64,000 bases of DNA from Squalus acanthias. Lineage: Eukaryota. The translations under genes and the position numbers were made by a program. Below the pieces are notes generated by a model that did not search any database, was not told where the DNA came from, and saw only the letters and a program-made list of their open reading frames with translations. The stretch's first letter is position 1; every line of letters starts with the position of its first letter. The stretch lies in the NCBI GenBank assembly GCA_030390025.1, contig CM059431.1, forward strand, positions 98,644,001 to 98,708,000. Reading direction: 5' to 3'. This document shows, piece by piece, positions 1-13,805 of this stretch.

Positions 1-1237
1 GTGTGTGTGTGTGAGTGTGTTTGTGAGTGTGTGAGTGTGAGAGTGAGTGTAAGTGTGAGTGAGTGTGTGTGTGTGTGTGAGTGTGTGTGTGTGAGTGTGT
101 GTGTGAGAGTGTGTGTGTGTGTGAGTGTGTGTGTGAGAGTGTGAGAGTGTGTGAGAGTGTGAGTGTGAGTGAGAGTGTGAGTGTGAGTGTGAGTGTGAGT
201 GTGTGTGAGTGTGTGTGTGAGTGTGTGTGTGAGTGTGTGTGTGAGTGTGAGTGTGAGTGTGTGTGTGAGTGTGTGTGAGTGTGTGTGTGAGTGTGTGTGT
301 GAGTGTGTGTGTGAGTGTGTGTGTGAGTGTGAGTGTGAGTGTGTGTGAGTGTGTGTGAGTGTGTGTGTGAGTGAGTGTGAGTGTGTGTGAGTGTGTGAGT
401 GTGTGTGTGAGTGTGAGAGTGTGTGAGTGTGAGTGAGTGTGAGTGAGTGTGAGTGTGTGTGTGAGTGTGTGTGTGAGTGTGAGTGTGTGTGAGTGTGTGT
501 GTGTGTGAGTGTGTGTGTGAGAGTGTGTGTGTGTGAGTGTGAGTGTATGTGAGTGTGAGAGTGTGAGTGAGTGTGAGTGTGAGTGTGTGTGAGTGTGTGA
601 GTATGTGAGCGAGTGTGAGAGTGTGAGTGAGTGAGAGTGTGTGTGAGTGTGAGTGAGTGAGTGCGAGTGTGAGTGAGTGTGAGTGTGTGTGTGAGTGTGA
701 GTGAGTGCGAGTGTGTGTGTGAGAGTGTGTGAGTGTGAGTGTGTGAGTGAGTGAGCGTGAGTGAGTGTGTGTGGGTGAGTGTGAGTGTGAGTGAGTGTGA
801 GTGTGTGAGTGAGGGTGAGTGAGTGAGTGTGTGAGTGTGTGTAAGCGTGAGTGTGTGAGTGAGCGTGTGAGTATGAGTGAGTGTGTGAGTGTGTGTGAGT
901 GAGTGAGTGAGTGAGTGTGAGTGTGTGTGAGTGTGAGTGAGTGTGAGTGTGTGAGTGAGTGTGTGAGTATGAGTGTGAGTGAGTGTGTGAGTGAGTGTGA
1001 GTGTGTGAGAGTGTGTGAGTGTGAGTGAGTGTGTGAGTGAGTGTGAGTGTGTGAGAGTGTGTGAGTGTGAGTGTGTGTGAGTGAGTGAGAGTGTGAGTGA
1101 GTGTGAGTGTGAGTGAGTGTGTGTGAGTGTGAGTGTGTGAGTGTGAGTGTGGGTGTGAGTGTGTGTGTGTGTGTGTGAATGTGTGTGTGTGTGAATGTGT
1201 GTGAGTGTGAGTGTATGAGTGTGTGAGAGTGAGTGTG
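1..1237. repeat. Compound (GT)n/(GAGT)n microsatellite
   Basis: Seen directly. Confidence 0.97.
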
Positions 1238-1283
1238 ATCTGTTTTGGTTTCCAGGTGATTAACCCTGACTAACGCTGCTCAC

Positions 1284-1398
1284 CTCGTCGACAATGGGCT
1301 TCAGCGTGACCTGCAGGTAGTGCCGCCCCGCCAGCTTCATCGTCTCATCGATGCACTTGGAGGTCAAGGAGTTCCCTCGGAAGATGGTGTTTGGATCC
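1284..1398 (-). CDS. RASA3: RASA3 coding exon (about exon 12), RasGAP arginine finger
   Basis: tttcag/gtgagc; 115 bp; [38 protein letters not shown]. Confidence 0.95.
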
Positions 1399-2227
1399 CT
1401 GAAAAGGAACAAATCTGCATCACTAACGGGTTAGGCAACGCAGTGACTAAAGCTTTGCAGAAGGAGACGGTGACCGAGAGTCTGATCAGTCCACCGAGAA
1501 TCTTCCACATCTAACATCGCCTCGGAGACCACAGCTTCAGTCTCACCCCCGACACCGACATGTTCGGCTGATGTTGGCTCCTTGCTCAGCAACAAGCATC
1601 AGTTCTTTCCCACCCTACTGGACGGAACACCCCTGCCCAGGAGAACGTTCCGGTACGGTGACCAAGGGCTGGGCTAACGGAGTCCGTCTAACGTCAGTAC
1701 CGCCCCGCTCTTGATACGAAGCAACAACTCCCATTTATATAGCGTCTTTAACGTAATAAAACGTCCCGAGGTGCTTCACAGCAGCGTAATCAGACAAACT
1801 GACACCGAGCCACATAAAGAGATATTAGAACAAGTGACCAAAAGCTTGGTCAAAGAGGGAGGTTTTGAGGAGCGTCTTAAAGAGAGAGAGAGAGGCGGAG
1901 AGGTTTAGGGAGGGATTCCAGAGCTCAGGGCCCAGGCAGCTGAAGGCACGGCCGCCAATGGTGGAGCGATTATAATCAGGGATGTGCAAGAGGCCAGAAT
2001 TGGAGGAGCGCAGAGATCTCGGAGGGGGGGGTTGTGGAGCTGAAGGAGATTACAGAGATAGAGAGGGGTGAGGCCGTGGAGGGATGGGAATTTTAAAATC
2101 GAGGAGCCAATGTAGTGGGACAGTGGAGTAAAGAGAGAAACAAGGAGACAGAATAATCAGTTTGTGTCTTTATTTAAACATAAGCTCCGCTCGGAATCAA
2201 TGAGAGGATTATTTGTTTTCTACTCAC

Positions 2228-2376
2228 AAGGTCCTGTTTATTTCAGCATTCGCAATCGCACTGATGAAGGGAACAATCCTTCCGTAATGCAGGAAGAGTC
2301 TGACCAGAGGCATGGCAGCTTCCTGCTTCTCCCGGCACACTTCACCCAACACATGAGCCGTAGACGCAGAAACTGG
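2228..2376 (-). CDS. RASA3: RASA3 coding exon (about exon 11), start of RasGAP domain
   Basis: ccgcag/gtgagt; 149 bp; [49 protein letters not shown](L). Confidence 0.95.
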
Positions 2377-2989
2377 CTGCGGAGAGTAAACGGGGGATGG
2401 TGGGGGGGCGGAGAGAAAAACAACGTCAGCGCCTTTCGTTCACAAGAAACCTGTTGCTTGACTTTCTCTGTCATCACCGGGGGCAGAATGGGAACAGCAA
2501 GGCTCTGCTAGCTTAAGCGGGGAAAAGATGAGGCGCCACAAGGCCGGAATTACTCCGCAGAAGGCGGCCATTCGGCCCGCCGTACCCGTGCTAGCTCTTC
2601 AGCAGGAGCTGTCGGCTCTCATACCGTTTCCCTGCCCTTTCCCCCAGTCCTTTCATCTACAAACACCGATCCAATTCCCTTTCGCATTGTGTTATCGTCG
2701 TCCCTGGTGGTAAACCGCTTTGGCAGGGAATTTCCTCAGAGTTGCTCCTGTTCCATCACTGCAGCCCCGACTTTTCTGCAAATACTGATGCATTAACAAG
2801 ACGCCAACAGGAGAGGGCAGCAACGCGCCGTACAACTGCACAGTAACACCATGTAACTGGGGCAGAGCTAAACTGTCACTCCAAAAGGCACTTAACAATC
2901 ACAAAAGGTGCAATCAGCAACAGCAAAAAGGGGCTAATTTCTCAACGTGAAATTGGTCCCGTTTTAAATTCCTGACAGTGAACTGTACA

Positions 2990-3445
2990 AGAATTACACA
3001 GAGTGTCCGGCATAGAAACAGGCCATTTGGCCCAACTGGTCCGTGCCGGTGTTTATGCTCCACACCAGCCTCCTCCCACCCCTCTTCATCTCACCCCATC
3101 AACATAACCTTCTATTCCTTTCTCCCTCATGTGTTTATCCAGCTTCCCCTTAAATGTCTCTCTGCTATTCGCCTCAAGATTTATTAGTGACTATCTTATA
3201 TTGATGGCCCCTAGTTCTGGTCTCCCCCACAAGTGGAAATATCTTCTCTACGTCTACCCTATCGAACCCCATTCATAATTTTAAAGACCTCTATCTAGAG
3301 AAAAGAGCCCCAGCCTGTTCATCCTTTCCTGACGGTTACAACCTCTCAGTTCTGGTATCATCCTAGTAAATCTTTTTTGCACTTTCTCCAGATCCTCTAT
3401 ATCCTTTTGAAATACAGAGAACAGAACTGTGCCCAGTGCTCATTC
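2990..3445 (-). mobile_element. CR1 LINE 3' fragment
   Basis: Reverse-complement homolog of 35050-35535. Confidence 0.7.
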
Positions 3446-3530
3446 TCAGAAACACAGCCCCTGACGCAGAATCGGAGGTGGGAATCAGTGGAGTTCCAAT
3501 CCATGCTCCCGTTAGGCGAGGCTCTGCGCT

Positions 3531-4360
3531 GGGTAGGGTCAGGGTCAGGGTCAGGGTCAGGGTTAGGGTCAGGGTCAGGGTTAGCATACACTGTATTAGG
3601 GTCAGGGTTAGGATCAGGGTTAGGATACGGGAGTTATGGTCAGGGTGTTAAGGTGAGGGCTAGGATTAGGGTTAGGGTTAGAGAGTTAAGGTCAGGGTTG
3701 AGGTTAGAGTTAGGGAGTTAAGGTTAGGGGGTCAGGGTTAGGGAGTTAGGGTCAGGGTTAGGGAGTTAGGGTCAGGGTCAGGGTTAGGGAGTTAGGGTCA
3801 GGGTTAAGGTTAGAGTTAGAGTTAGGGTTAGGGTCAGGGTTAGGGAGTTAGGGTCAGGGTTAGGGTCAGGGAGTTAGGGTCAGGGAGTTAGGGTCAGGGT
3901 TAAGGTTAGAGTTAGAGTTAGGGTTAGGGTCAGGATTAGGGAGTTAGAGTTAGAGTTAAGGTTAGAGTTAGAGTTAGGGTTAAGGTCAGGGTTAGGGAGT
4001 TAGGGTCAGGGTTAAGGTCAGGGTCAGGGAGTTAGGGTTAAGGTTAGAGTTAGAGTTAGGGTTAGGGTCAGGGTTAGGGTCAGGGTTAGGGAGTTAGGGT
4101 CAGGGAGTTAGGGTCAGGGTTAAGGTTAGAGTTAGAGTTAGGGTTAGGGAGTTAGAGTTAGAGTTAAGGTTAGAGTTAGAGTTAGGGTTAAGGTCAGGGT
4201 TATTGAGTTAGGGTCAGGGTTAGGGTCAGGGTCAGGGAGTTAGGGTTAAGGTTAGAGTTAGAGTTAGGGTTAGGGTCAGGGTCAGGGTTAGGGAGTTAGA
4301 GTTAGAGTTAAGGTTAGCATTTAGGATTAGAGTTAGCATTTAGGGTTAGGGTTGGGGTTA
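3531..4360. repeat. Degenerate telomere-like array (TTAGGG/TCAGGG/TTAGAG)
   Basis: Seen directly. Confidence 0.9.
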
Positions 4361-4377
4361 GCATACACCAATCCTAC

Positions 4378-4531
4378 CTCAACATCTGCTGATTTTAATA
4401 AAAGGTCTCTCAATGGATCGTAGTATTGAGAAAGGAAAACATGGTCCTCAGTGTAAACAACATTCAGTCGTAAGGAACCCAAGTCAACAGGTTTAATCGG
4501 CTTGCCGTTATCTCGGGGCTGCAGGAAGTAC
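4378..4531 (-). CDS. RASA3: RASA3 coding exon (about exon 10)
   Basis: cacag/gtagga; 154 bp; [51 protein letters not shown]. Confidence 0.95.
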
Positions 4532-5115
4532 CTGTGATATTTGGGAAACAAAACAGCAAGAAAGGAAATTGTCTACTTTCTTATCACAGATGTCACCATA
4601 TAAATACCCAATAAATATTCAGAAACCTGTGCTCGTTAAATTAACCCAATATGGTTTTCTGTAAGATATACAAGGTGTGTTCCACATATACGGAGAGTGA
4701 TAGAAACCTGTCGAGACCTCGGATATGATGCAGAGGTTGTGAGTTAATTCCCACCGTGGTAGATTGGGAAATTGCATTCAGTAAATCTGGTGACCTGAGC
4801 TGGCAACAGGAAAATGTTACTGGACGAGTAACCAGGGAATGAGAATTCTTCTCCCACCAATTTAAATTCAGTTTATAAAAAAAATCCGGGAATAAAAAGC
4901 TGGGATCAGTAAAATGACCATGAAACTGTCGGATTGTCATAAAAACCCAACTGGTTCACTAATCTCCCTTTAGGGAAGGAAACCTGCCGTCCTTACCCGG
5001 TCTGGGCCTATATGTGACTCCAGTCCCACACCAATGTGGTTGACTCTTAACTGCCCTCTGGGTAACTAGGGATGGGCAATAAATTATGGCCAGGAGAAAA
5101 TAAAGTGTACACAAT

Positions 5116-5852
5116 GGCCCAGATCTTGCTGGAGTGGGTCATCTCGCGGTGTGCCCTGTTATTTAGACTTTTCCCCTCACCCTTCAGCTCAAATATAATT
5201 TGCCCTGTAACTCGCTGGGAGTGCGAACTGATAACGGGGCGGCGAGGGTAATGGGGCATCTGGGACCCCAGTGAACGAAGGGACCAACAGTCTATCTCCT
5301 TAACCCATGAGATTTAAAGATTGAGAAAGAAACAGAGGAACGACGGAGAAGAAAATAGAGTCAAATCAGGTACAGAAAGTGAAATAAAGAGAGGAAAAGA
5401 GCGGATTGAGAGAGAAAGAAAAGACAGAAAGGAAAAGTAAGAAAAAAAATTGAATTTTAAAAATCTGTTAAGGACAATTTACTACCTGCAGGAGTGAGAT
5501 TCCACAGTTTCAATTGTTCCCTTTCTGGGCCGGAGAGGTTGATTGGCATTACAGGAACATAAATCTCATTGAAAGGGTACTGACGCTGTTGATCACCAGC
5601 CCTAACTTCTGCGGCGAGTTTAATGGGCAATTAATGTGCAAATCCAGCAAGTTGTTAAAAATACCGGGGAGGCTGAGGGCGAGATGCCGTTTGTGTGAAG
5701 CAAACAGCGGAGCGACGTAAATCCACCAGCAAGTTCTGGAGATTCGCAACTAATGACGTATCTCCCCATCCCCTGAACTCGCTGGCTGATTTACGCATTA
5801 ATAACCGCGTGCGTCGTTAACACACCGTTAATGTTCCAGCAAGAGCAGGCCC
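5116..5852. mobile_element. Non-autonomous TIR element (Harbinger-like MITE)
   Basis: Imperfect TIR GGCCCAGATCTTGCTGGA / TCCAGCAAGAGCAGGCCC; homologous to 33985-34741. Confidence 0.7.
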
Positions 5853-6730
5853 ATTGATTTCCCTCTTACTATTTCAGATGTTTTCAAGAATAACTTGACT
5901 GAGACATTCGTTATACGCTCGCTCAGTTCAACATCAGGCCGTTCCACCGTGGGGGGGGGAATGGGAACCCCAATCCTGCCCTCCGCCACCGTGCACTCAC
6001 CCCGTGCACTCACCCCGTGCACTCACCCCGTGCACTTTCCCCGCAGGGGCTCCTGGATCGCAATTCGGGGGGGAAACTCCGGTCTGGTTTTGCTCTTCCT
6101 GGTACAGGGGCGCGAGGCCCAGTTACAACGCCTCTACCCTCCCTCCAGCTCAGCTCAGCTAACGCAGCGCTGACTGAGGATTCAATCTTAGACTCTCCTG
6201 CTCTGCGGGACTCACCTCCTCCCAGGACAAACTCGCCATCTGACTGGGGAAACCCGATGTGAAATTCTGGCACGGAATGGCCACCCAGACTCACTGTATT
6301 GAAACTTCTAGCAACGCCCGGAGTTAACTCATATCAGTGGTATTCAACTGGGGGTATCGGCGCCGAGTTACCTCATTGGCCGATTCAGTGTTTGGAACAT
6401 AGGAACAGGAGGAGGCCACTCAACCCCTCGAGCCTGTTCCGCCATTCAATTAGATCATGGCTGGCCTTTATCTTAACTCCATCTACCCACCTTGGTTCTG
6501 TATACTTCAATACCCTTGCCCAACAAAAATCTATCGATCTCAGTTTTGACATTTTCAATTGACCCCCCAGCCTCAACAACTTTTTTAGGGCAAGAGTTCC
6601 AGATTTCCACCACCCTTCGTGTGATGCTGTGCTAATCAATTCGCCACCCATCTCAACAGGTCGCCTCCAATTTCATGCAATCTCATTTTTGTTAACAGTC
6701 TCTTATGTGGAACCTTTTACTACTTTGGTG

Positions 6731-6836
6731 CTTTTCTATATCGCGAGCTATTTTCTATATCGCGAGCTATTTTCTATATCGCGAGCTATTTTCTATATCG
6801 CGAGCTATTTTCTATATCGCGAGCTATTTTCTATCG
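6731..6836. repeat. 19-bp tandem repeat (ttttctatatcgcgagcta), about 5 copies
   Basis: Seen directly. Confidence 0.9.
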
Positions 6837-7122
6837 CTGCTTTCCATTCCTCAGACACAAACGTGCAGAGAGAGAAAGCACGCAGGCTGTGGAATCCGCT
6901 CTAGGAGCTATACAAGTGTGGCAGCAGTGGGCAATGAATTTCTTGCTGATCTAGCTCCTTAAAGCTTCCCAGGTACACACCACGCAGGAAATCAGATGTG
7001 CCCCTCAATCCACAGTCAGGCACTAACGCGCTGTCACATGGGGCAGTGCTCTAATCCTTGAATACGACGTGACACGGTGTCACAACATTTCATGACAGCA
7101 ACAGCTGACATTGAGAGACATT

Positions 7123-7833
7123 GGGCCAGAATTTACTGTAAAAATAACGGCGAGGCTAATGGCGCTCACCGTTATTGTGTGCGACTTCAGATAAGCGCAG
7201 ATGTGCGGTTAAACGTGAAAATCTGGAAGTTGCTGTCCGAGCTGTGCCGCTCCGCCGGAAGCTACGCGAAAGTGGCATCTCGCTGTCTGCCTCACCATTG
7301 ACAGGTATTGAACGGCGTGAGATTCTTGTACTTGCACTGTAGATACGGACTAAACTCGCCACAGAAAGTTAGGGCTTGTCCATTTCAGTCTAAGTACCTT
7401 TTTTAACGGCATGATAAGTCTTAATTACTGCCAAACAACCTCTCTAGCACTGAAAATTAACTTTTACAAGTGTGGAGTCTCATTCTGTCAGCTTTTTATT
7501 GTTGTTGGAGGTTTTCTTTCTGTCTATTTTTTTTCTCTCTCTCTAAATCCAATCTTTCTTTCCCTCTCTTTAATTTGTTGATTTGATGTTGAATTCAATA
7601 TTCTAACAAACACTTCCTGGTTCAGACTGTGCTGTTCATTAACAATTCTTCAATCCGATTGGTTAAGGAGACACACAGTTGCTTGCCTTGTTCACACAGG
7701 TCCTGGATGCCCTGTAGAGGGCGCTGTGCTGTTTCCATCTCCCACTTGCAGCAACTTGCTGTGCAAAAGCTCATGGAGATGAAACAGGCAAGGCCAAGTC
7801 TAACTAACGGCGGGCTACAGCAAATTCTGGCCT
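7123..7833. mobile_element. Non-autonomous TIR element (Harbinger-like MITE)
   Basis: TIR GGGCCAGAATTTACTGTA / TACAGCAAATTCTGGCCT. Confidence 0.7.
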
Positions 7834-8624
7834 AATGTGTGTTGCAGGATACAGTTATTTAGACAGATCATAGCTATAAACTATTTAGCTGACTTCATTG
7901 TGTAAAGGGGAAACTGTAGTATGGGAGTAGGTGCCATGCAATGCAAGTAACAGCCTGCTGGGTCAAGCCTTCATTAATAACACTACTTCTGTTCACCCAT
8001 TTGAAAGCAAGGGGAGCACCATGGTGACACAGAGCAAAATGATCCCTTGTAACATCAGCGTCACAGGAACATAGGATGAAGGGATGGTTTGGCCCATTGA
8101 GATTGAGCAAGTGTGACACTTCGATGTGTCACGAACATTCTGGAGACATGGAAACATAGAAAACATAGTAAAATAGGAGCAGGAGTCGGCCATTCTGCCC
8201 TTCGAGCCTGCTCCGCCATTCAATATGATCATGGCTGATACTCTATCTCAATACCATATTCCCACTCTCTCCCCATACCCCTTGATGCCTTTTGTGTCTA
8301 GAAATCTATCTATCTCCTTCTTAAATATATTCAGTGCCTTGGCCTCCACAGCCTTCTGTGGTAGAGAATTCCACAGGTTCACCACCCTGGTGACTTCAGT
8401 CTGGTTCTGTGCACCACTCCTCCATGCCAACATGACATGACCTCAAGTCGCCAATCCAGCTGACGCCTCAGTAACCGGCTACCCTTTCACCACATGCAGG
8501 CGCTGGTTATCCAGCGTGGTGCTGGCACATTACCTCAACACAGTGGGCCAAACTCAACATGCTAACTGCTGTTCAATCTGCTTCGTACAGAAAGGTATTG
8601 TTAACTGAGCGAGCCCTCAATTAC

Positions 8625-8729
8625 CATGCTTGGTGAGAGGACGACTGCTTTAGGATCTTCAAAGGGAGGCGTAGTTCTCCAAGAAATTCATCCCCAAACT
8701 TTAAGTTACTGGCGTTCCACAGATCAATC
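8625..8729 (-). CDS. RASA3: RASA3 coding exon (about exon 9)
   Basis: tttctag/gtaatt; 105 bp; [34 protein letters not shown](W); not in the ORF track. Confidence 0.95.
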
Positions 8730-10494
8730 CTAGAAAGATAACATTAATTGTCTCAGGAGATGTGAAATAAGTCACAAGGTATCACAGAACATACTGTAAA
8801 CACTGCTGCCTATTATAGGATGTTAGCAGACATATATATCTTATTATATAAGTCTTATATGTATCTTAATACAGGTGGTGTAGAGATTAGGTTATTGGAC
8901 TGATATTTGGAAATAAAAATCTGGTCTCAGTAAAAGTGACTGAAGCTGTCGGATTGTCGTAAAAACCCAACTGGTTCACGAATGTCCTTCAGGGAAGGAA
9001 ACCTGCCGTCCTTACCCGGTCTGGGCCTATATGTGACTCCAGTCCCGCACCAACGTGGTTGACTCTTAACTTCCCTCTGAAGTGGCCCAGCAAGACACTC
9101 AGTTAAGGGCAACAAGGGCCGGGCAATAAATGCCGGCCTTGCCAGCATAGCATAGCCTCTATTTAGAAAGAGCATTTTTACACTGGTCCAAACTCCCTTA
9201 CACCACGGCACAATTTTTAATATTTTCAGTCTCTCCGTAATCACACAAAGTTTTGTGTATTAGATGATTAACTGAGTGAGGCCAAATTTATAGTGAATGT
9301 GTGCTCCCAGCACACAGCCTAGGTCAGGCTGGTCAGTTGGATCGAGGTGACTGGCACCAATTCTCCAACCCACGCTCTTTGTATCTCTGGTATGAAGTGA
9401 AAGACACAGTAAAACTCTTTAACAAATCAATATTAGCACGGTTGAAAAGCATTCCACAAGTTGCATTCACGCTGCAGAAAATCAATATTGTGCCTGTTAC
9501 TAAACTGCAGAAGAAATTCAACTTCCAAGAAATAACAGGAAACATTTCAAGATGTGTTGGTCACTAACTAAATTTTAAAAGTGCGATCTTGCGGTGAACG
9601 ATAAGACACCAATTTTTTTTTTTTTAAAAACAACATTTCCTGTTAGCACAACAGTATTCAAATGGGATGTTTACGACAGCTCTCTGGGAGAGGAAGTACT
9701 AGGAACAAGTCAATTCCCCGGCAAAGTCTGAGAGGAAACCGTGAATTGGAGAAAAACAGGATAAGACTACACAATAATAGGTAAAACATCAGAGAGAAAG
9801 AACTCACATTTATGTTCCATCTCTCGGGACATTGCAAAATGCTTTACAATCCATGAATGAATTATCAAAGTGCGGTCAGCACTGTTACACGGCAACCAAT
9901 CTGCAAAGTCCCCCCAAACAGAAACTAAAATTCAAAACGCAGTTCATCTGATTTTTTTGTTGGTTTTTTGAGGGAGGAATGTTGGCCAAGGAACTCGGAA
10001 CACTCCCAGTTCTTCGTTAAATAACCTTGGGAACGGGGGAGTGTGCAAGGATAGATCCTTGGGGGCATTGTTGGTTTCTGCTTGTATCTCAACCAGCCAG
10101 TTCTCTGCTTTCTGCCCGTGAGAATTATGCCAGTCCTATTTGATTAAAGAGGGTTTATTTCCTCCATTGCCCCACTCTTCTCAGCTGCAATCACAGCACA
10201 GAAACAGGCCACTCACGCCATCTAGTCCATGTGGTGAGTGTAGCGAGCTCGGGAGGAACAGGTGACTTTGGACCTCTGGTTCCCAAAGCTCTCCACCACT
10301 GGGGGTTTTCCTCACCTCATGTCTGGGTCTGTTGTAGACTCATTGATAGAGATTGATCGCTGTGATTGGTCAACAACTCCATTATCGTTGGATCAGGCGA
10401 CTACCAGGATGGTAGAAGGTGAACCAGATGGACCTCGGTCTTTCTTTGTCCAGCAGTTCCTGTGTTCCTTTACAAGCACTGTTCTCCACATGGG

Positions 10495-11355
10495 CCACCC
10501 AGTCTAATCCCACTCTCCCGTTCACTCCCCGTACCCTTTAATATCCCACCCAGTCAAATCCCACTCTCCCCCTCACTCCCCGTACACATTAATATCAGAC
10601 CCAGTCTAATTGCACTCTCCCCCTCACTCCCCGCACCCTTTAATATCCCACCCAGTCTAATCCCACTCTCCCCCTCACTCCCCGTACCCTTTAATATCCC
10701 ACCCAGTCTAATCCCACTCTCCCCCTCACTCCCCGTACCCTTTAATATCCCACCCAGTCTAATCCCACTCTCCCCCTCACTCCCCGTACCCTCTAATATC
10801 CCACCCAGTCTAATCCCACTCTCAAGCTCATTCCCCACACCCCTTTAATATCCCACCCAGTCTAATCCCACTCTCCCCCTCACTCCCCGTACCCTTTAAT
10901 TTCCCACCCAGTCTAATCCCACTCTCCCGCTCACTCCCCACACCCCTTTAATATCCCACCCAGTCTAATCCCACACTCCCGCTCCCTCCCCGTACCCTTT
11001 AATATCCCACCCAGTCTAATCCCACTCTACCCCTCACTCCCCACACCCTTTAATATCCCACCCAGTCTAATCCCTCTCTCCCCCTCACTCACCGTACCCT
11101 TTAATATCCCACCCAGTCTAATCCTACTCTCCCCCTCACTCACCATACCCTTTAATATCCCACCCAGTCTAATCCCACTCTCCCCTCACTCCCCGTACCC
11201 TTTAATATCCCACCCAGTCTAATCCCACTCTCCCCTCACTCCCCGTACCCTTTAATATCCCACCCAGTCTAATCCCACTCTCCTGCTCACTCCCCGTACC
11301 CTTTAATATCCCACCCAGTCTAATCCCACTCTCCCCTTCACTCCCCGTACCTTTT
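10495..11355. repeat. 51-bp minisatellite; second array at 18008-18440
   Basis: Unit ccacccagtctaatcccactctccccctcactccccgtaccctttaatatc. Confidence 0.92.
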
Positions 11356-11828
11356 ACTCTCCCTCTTTTTCAAGCAACTATCTTCTAAGATAATTTATGG
11401 GCTTTGCTTCCACAGCGCTTTATGGCCGAGATTTCCACATGGAACAGGAATAGGGTTGTGCTGGAAGATCCCTCGAGACACAAGACAATATCTGGCAGCA
11501 GTCAAAAAGCTAATGGCATGTCGGGTTGCATAAAAAGAGGATTGAGCGTAGATCAATGGAAGTAATCCCGCCTTAATATAGGAGTATTGATCAGACCCCC
11601 ATCTGGAATATTGTGTGTAACTTCTTCTGCAAAGCCTATTTGACCCCGTGTAAAATAACCACTCCACGAAGAGGTCAAGCAAGTTCGCAGTTTCTTCTGC
11701 ACAGAAACAATGCTACAAATATATACTCTTGGTTTTTGTTCAGTAAGATCTGGGAGAACAAAAATATTACTTAATCCAAGACTGAGAATCAAACACCAGC
11801 TGAAGGAGCTTCCAGCAAATCTTCTCAC

Positions 11829-11905
11829 CTGATTTCCATCTTCTCCACATGCTCCTCCTCAACGTCAAAGTGCGACTTTCGACTGTAGCTGCATGGCCTT
11901 GTCAC
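11829..11905 (-). CDS. RASA3: RASA3 coding exon (about exon 8)
   Basis: tgcag/gtgaga; 77 bp; VTRPCSYSRKSHFDVEEEHVEKMEI(R). Confidence 0.95.
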
Positions 11906-12384
11906 CTGCAGTGAAAGGAGCAGGTGAGTGACGGAGGAACGAGATCCCCTTTGAGTAGAGGTTTGCACAGAGAGCCCGCAGTGTAAACTCTGACACCAAT
12001 ATCCGATCCAGTTACATCGCACAATGGCTCCTAACTCCAAAGGGTGGGGAGAGAGGCAATGTTCTGGCCAGACACACACTGGGTGCAGTGGGATCTTTGT
12101 GCCGCAGCCCTGTGGAGGGACAGGGATGTATGAACTGAAGCCATGTTGCCGCACACGTGCGGTGATAATCAGGGGTTGGATAAAGTGGGAGTGGGAGTGG
12201 CCAGTGTAATCGGATTGTTGTTGCGATATCTGGCACAGGCACAATGGGCCGAATGGTCTCCTCCTGTGCTGTATCATTCTGTGATTCTATGAGAGCAACT
12301 TCCTTTTCTATAGCTCTCCTCACGTACAGCAAGACATCTCCGAGACCTTTACAGTGGGGACGAAAGGCAGATGGTGGAAAATGA

Positions 12385-12765
12385 GCATGGGGAAAGGGGG
12401 AGGGAATGGGGCGGGTGGGATGGGGATTGGGGCGGGTGGGATGGGGAATGGGAAAGGGGGAGGGAATGGGGTGGGTGAGATGGAGATGGGGCGGGTGGAA
12501 TGGGGAATGGAGCGGGTGGGATGGGGAATGGGGAATGAGGCGGGTGGGATGGGGAATGGGGCGGGTGGGATGGGGAATGGGGTGGGTGGATGGGAATGGG
12601 GAATGGGGCGGGTGAGATGGGGAATGGGGAATGGGGTGGGTGGAATGGAGAATGGGGAATGGGGCGGGTGAGATGGGGAATGGGGAATGGGGTGGGTGGG
12701 ATGGGGAATGGAGCGGGTGGGATGGGGAATGGGGCGGGTGGGATGGGAAACGGGAATGGGCGGGT
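12385..12765. repeat. G-rich (GGGAATG/GGGTGGGATG) repeat
   Basis: Seen directly. Confidence 0.85.
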
Positions 12766-13244
12766 GTTGGAGAGGGTGGGATGTGGAGGGGAATGGAGAA
12801 GTTGGGATGAGGAAAGGAGTGGAGAATGGAGAGGCTAAGAGATGGTAACTGAAGGTATGATAAGAAGAGAAGGTTTTTGAGGAGGATTTTGAAAGGAGGG
12901 AAGGAGGTAGTAAAGTGGGTCAAGAATTCCAGAGGGCAGGAAATTAGTAGCTGATAGTATTCGGCTAGAAGATCAACCACAATCTTATTGAATGGTGGAG
13001 GAGACTCAAGGGGCCGAATGGCCGACTCCTATTTATGTTCATATGTTCTTATTCCCGACCTCGGCACAGAAACCCAAAATATAAGAACAGTTTGTGCTGT
13101 GGTGTAAAAGCTCAGTCACTTTACATAAAGTTTCAGAAATTCTCCCTCTGCTGTATCTGAGATATTTCCAAAAGCAGCTTTACAACCAGACTGAGTACCA
13201 GTTCCAGGAGTCCGCACTGAGTCCGCACCCGAAGTCCGCACCGC

Positions 13245-13498
13245 GACTCCGCACCGGGTGGGCACCGGGACTCCGCACCGGGTGGGCACCGGGACTCCGC
13301 ACCGGGTGGGCACCGGGACTCCGCACCGGGTGGGCACTGGGACTCTGCACTGGGTGGGCACCGGGACTCTGCACTGGGTGGGCACCGGGACTCTGCACTG
13401 GGTGGGCACCGGGACTCTGCACTGGGTGGGCACTGGGACTCTGCACTGGGTGGGCACTGGGACTCTGCACTGGGTGGGCACTGGGACTCTGCACTGGG
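13245..13498. repeat. 24-bp minisatellite (ggactccgcaccgggtgggcaccg)
   Basis: Seen directly; about 10 units. Confidence 0.9.
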
Positions 13499-13732
13499 CT
13501 GGTGTATTCATTCAGTGCCAGTGGAAAGAGTTTAATGCGCTTGTATGTAACTTTGCTTCAAATTTTCATCACTACAATTTATTGTGGCAAAGTGCTGGAA
13601 AGCGACGCACTAATGAGTCATGAAAAGGCCCCGTTTCATAAGGTCAAACCCAAAACAAAATGGAATCACAAACACCTGTACCTGTGAAGATCGAGTGAGA
13701 GATTTTCAGACAACCCTTGGATAAGCACTTAC

Positions 13733-13805
13733 CTCAAAATAGAAGACTTCATCAAACTGGGGATTGTTGGTCTTTCGCTTTACTTTTGTTTTCTTCAACT
13801 CAGAC
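13733..13805 (-). CDS. RASA3: RASA3 coding exon (about exon 7)
   Basis: ctag/gtaagt; 73 bp; [24 protein letters not shown]. Confidence 0.95.
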
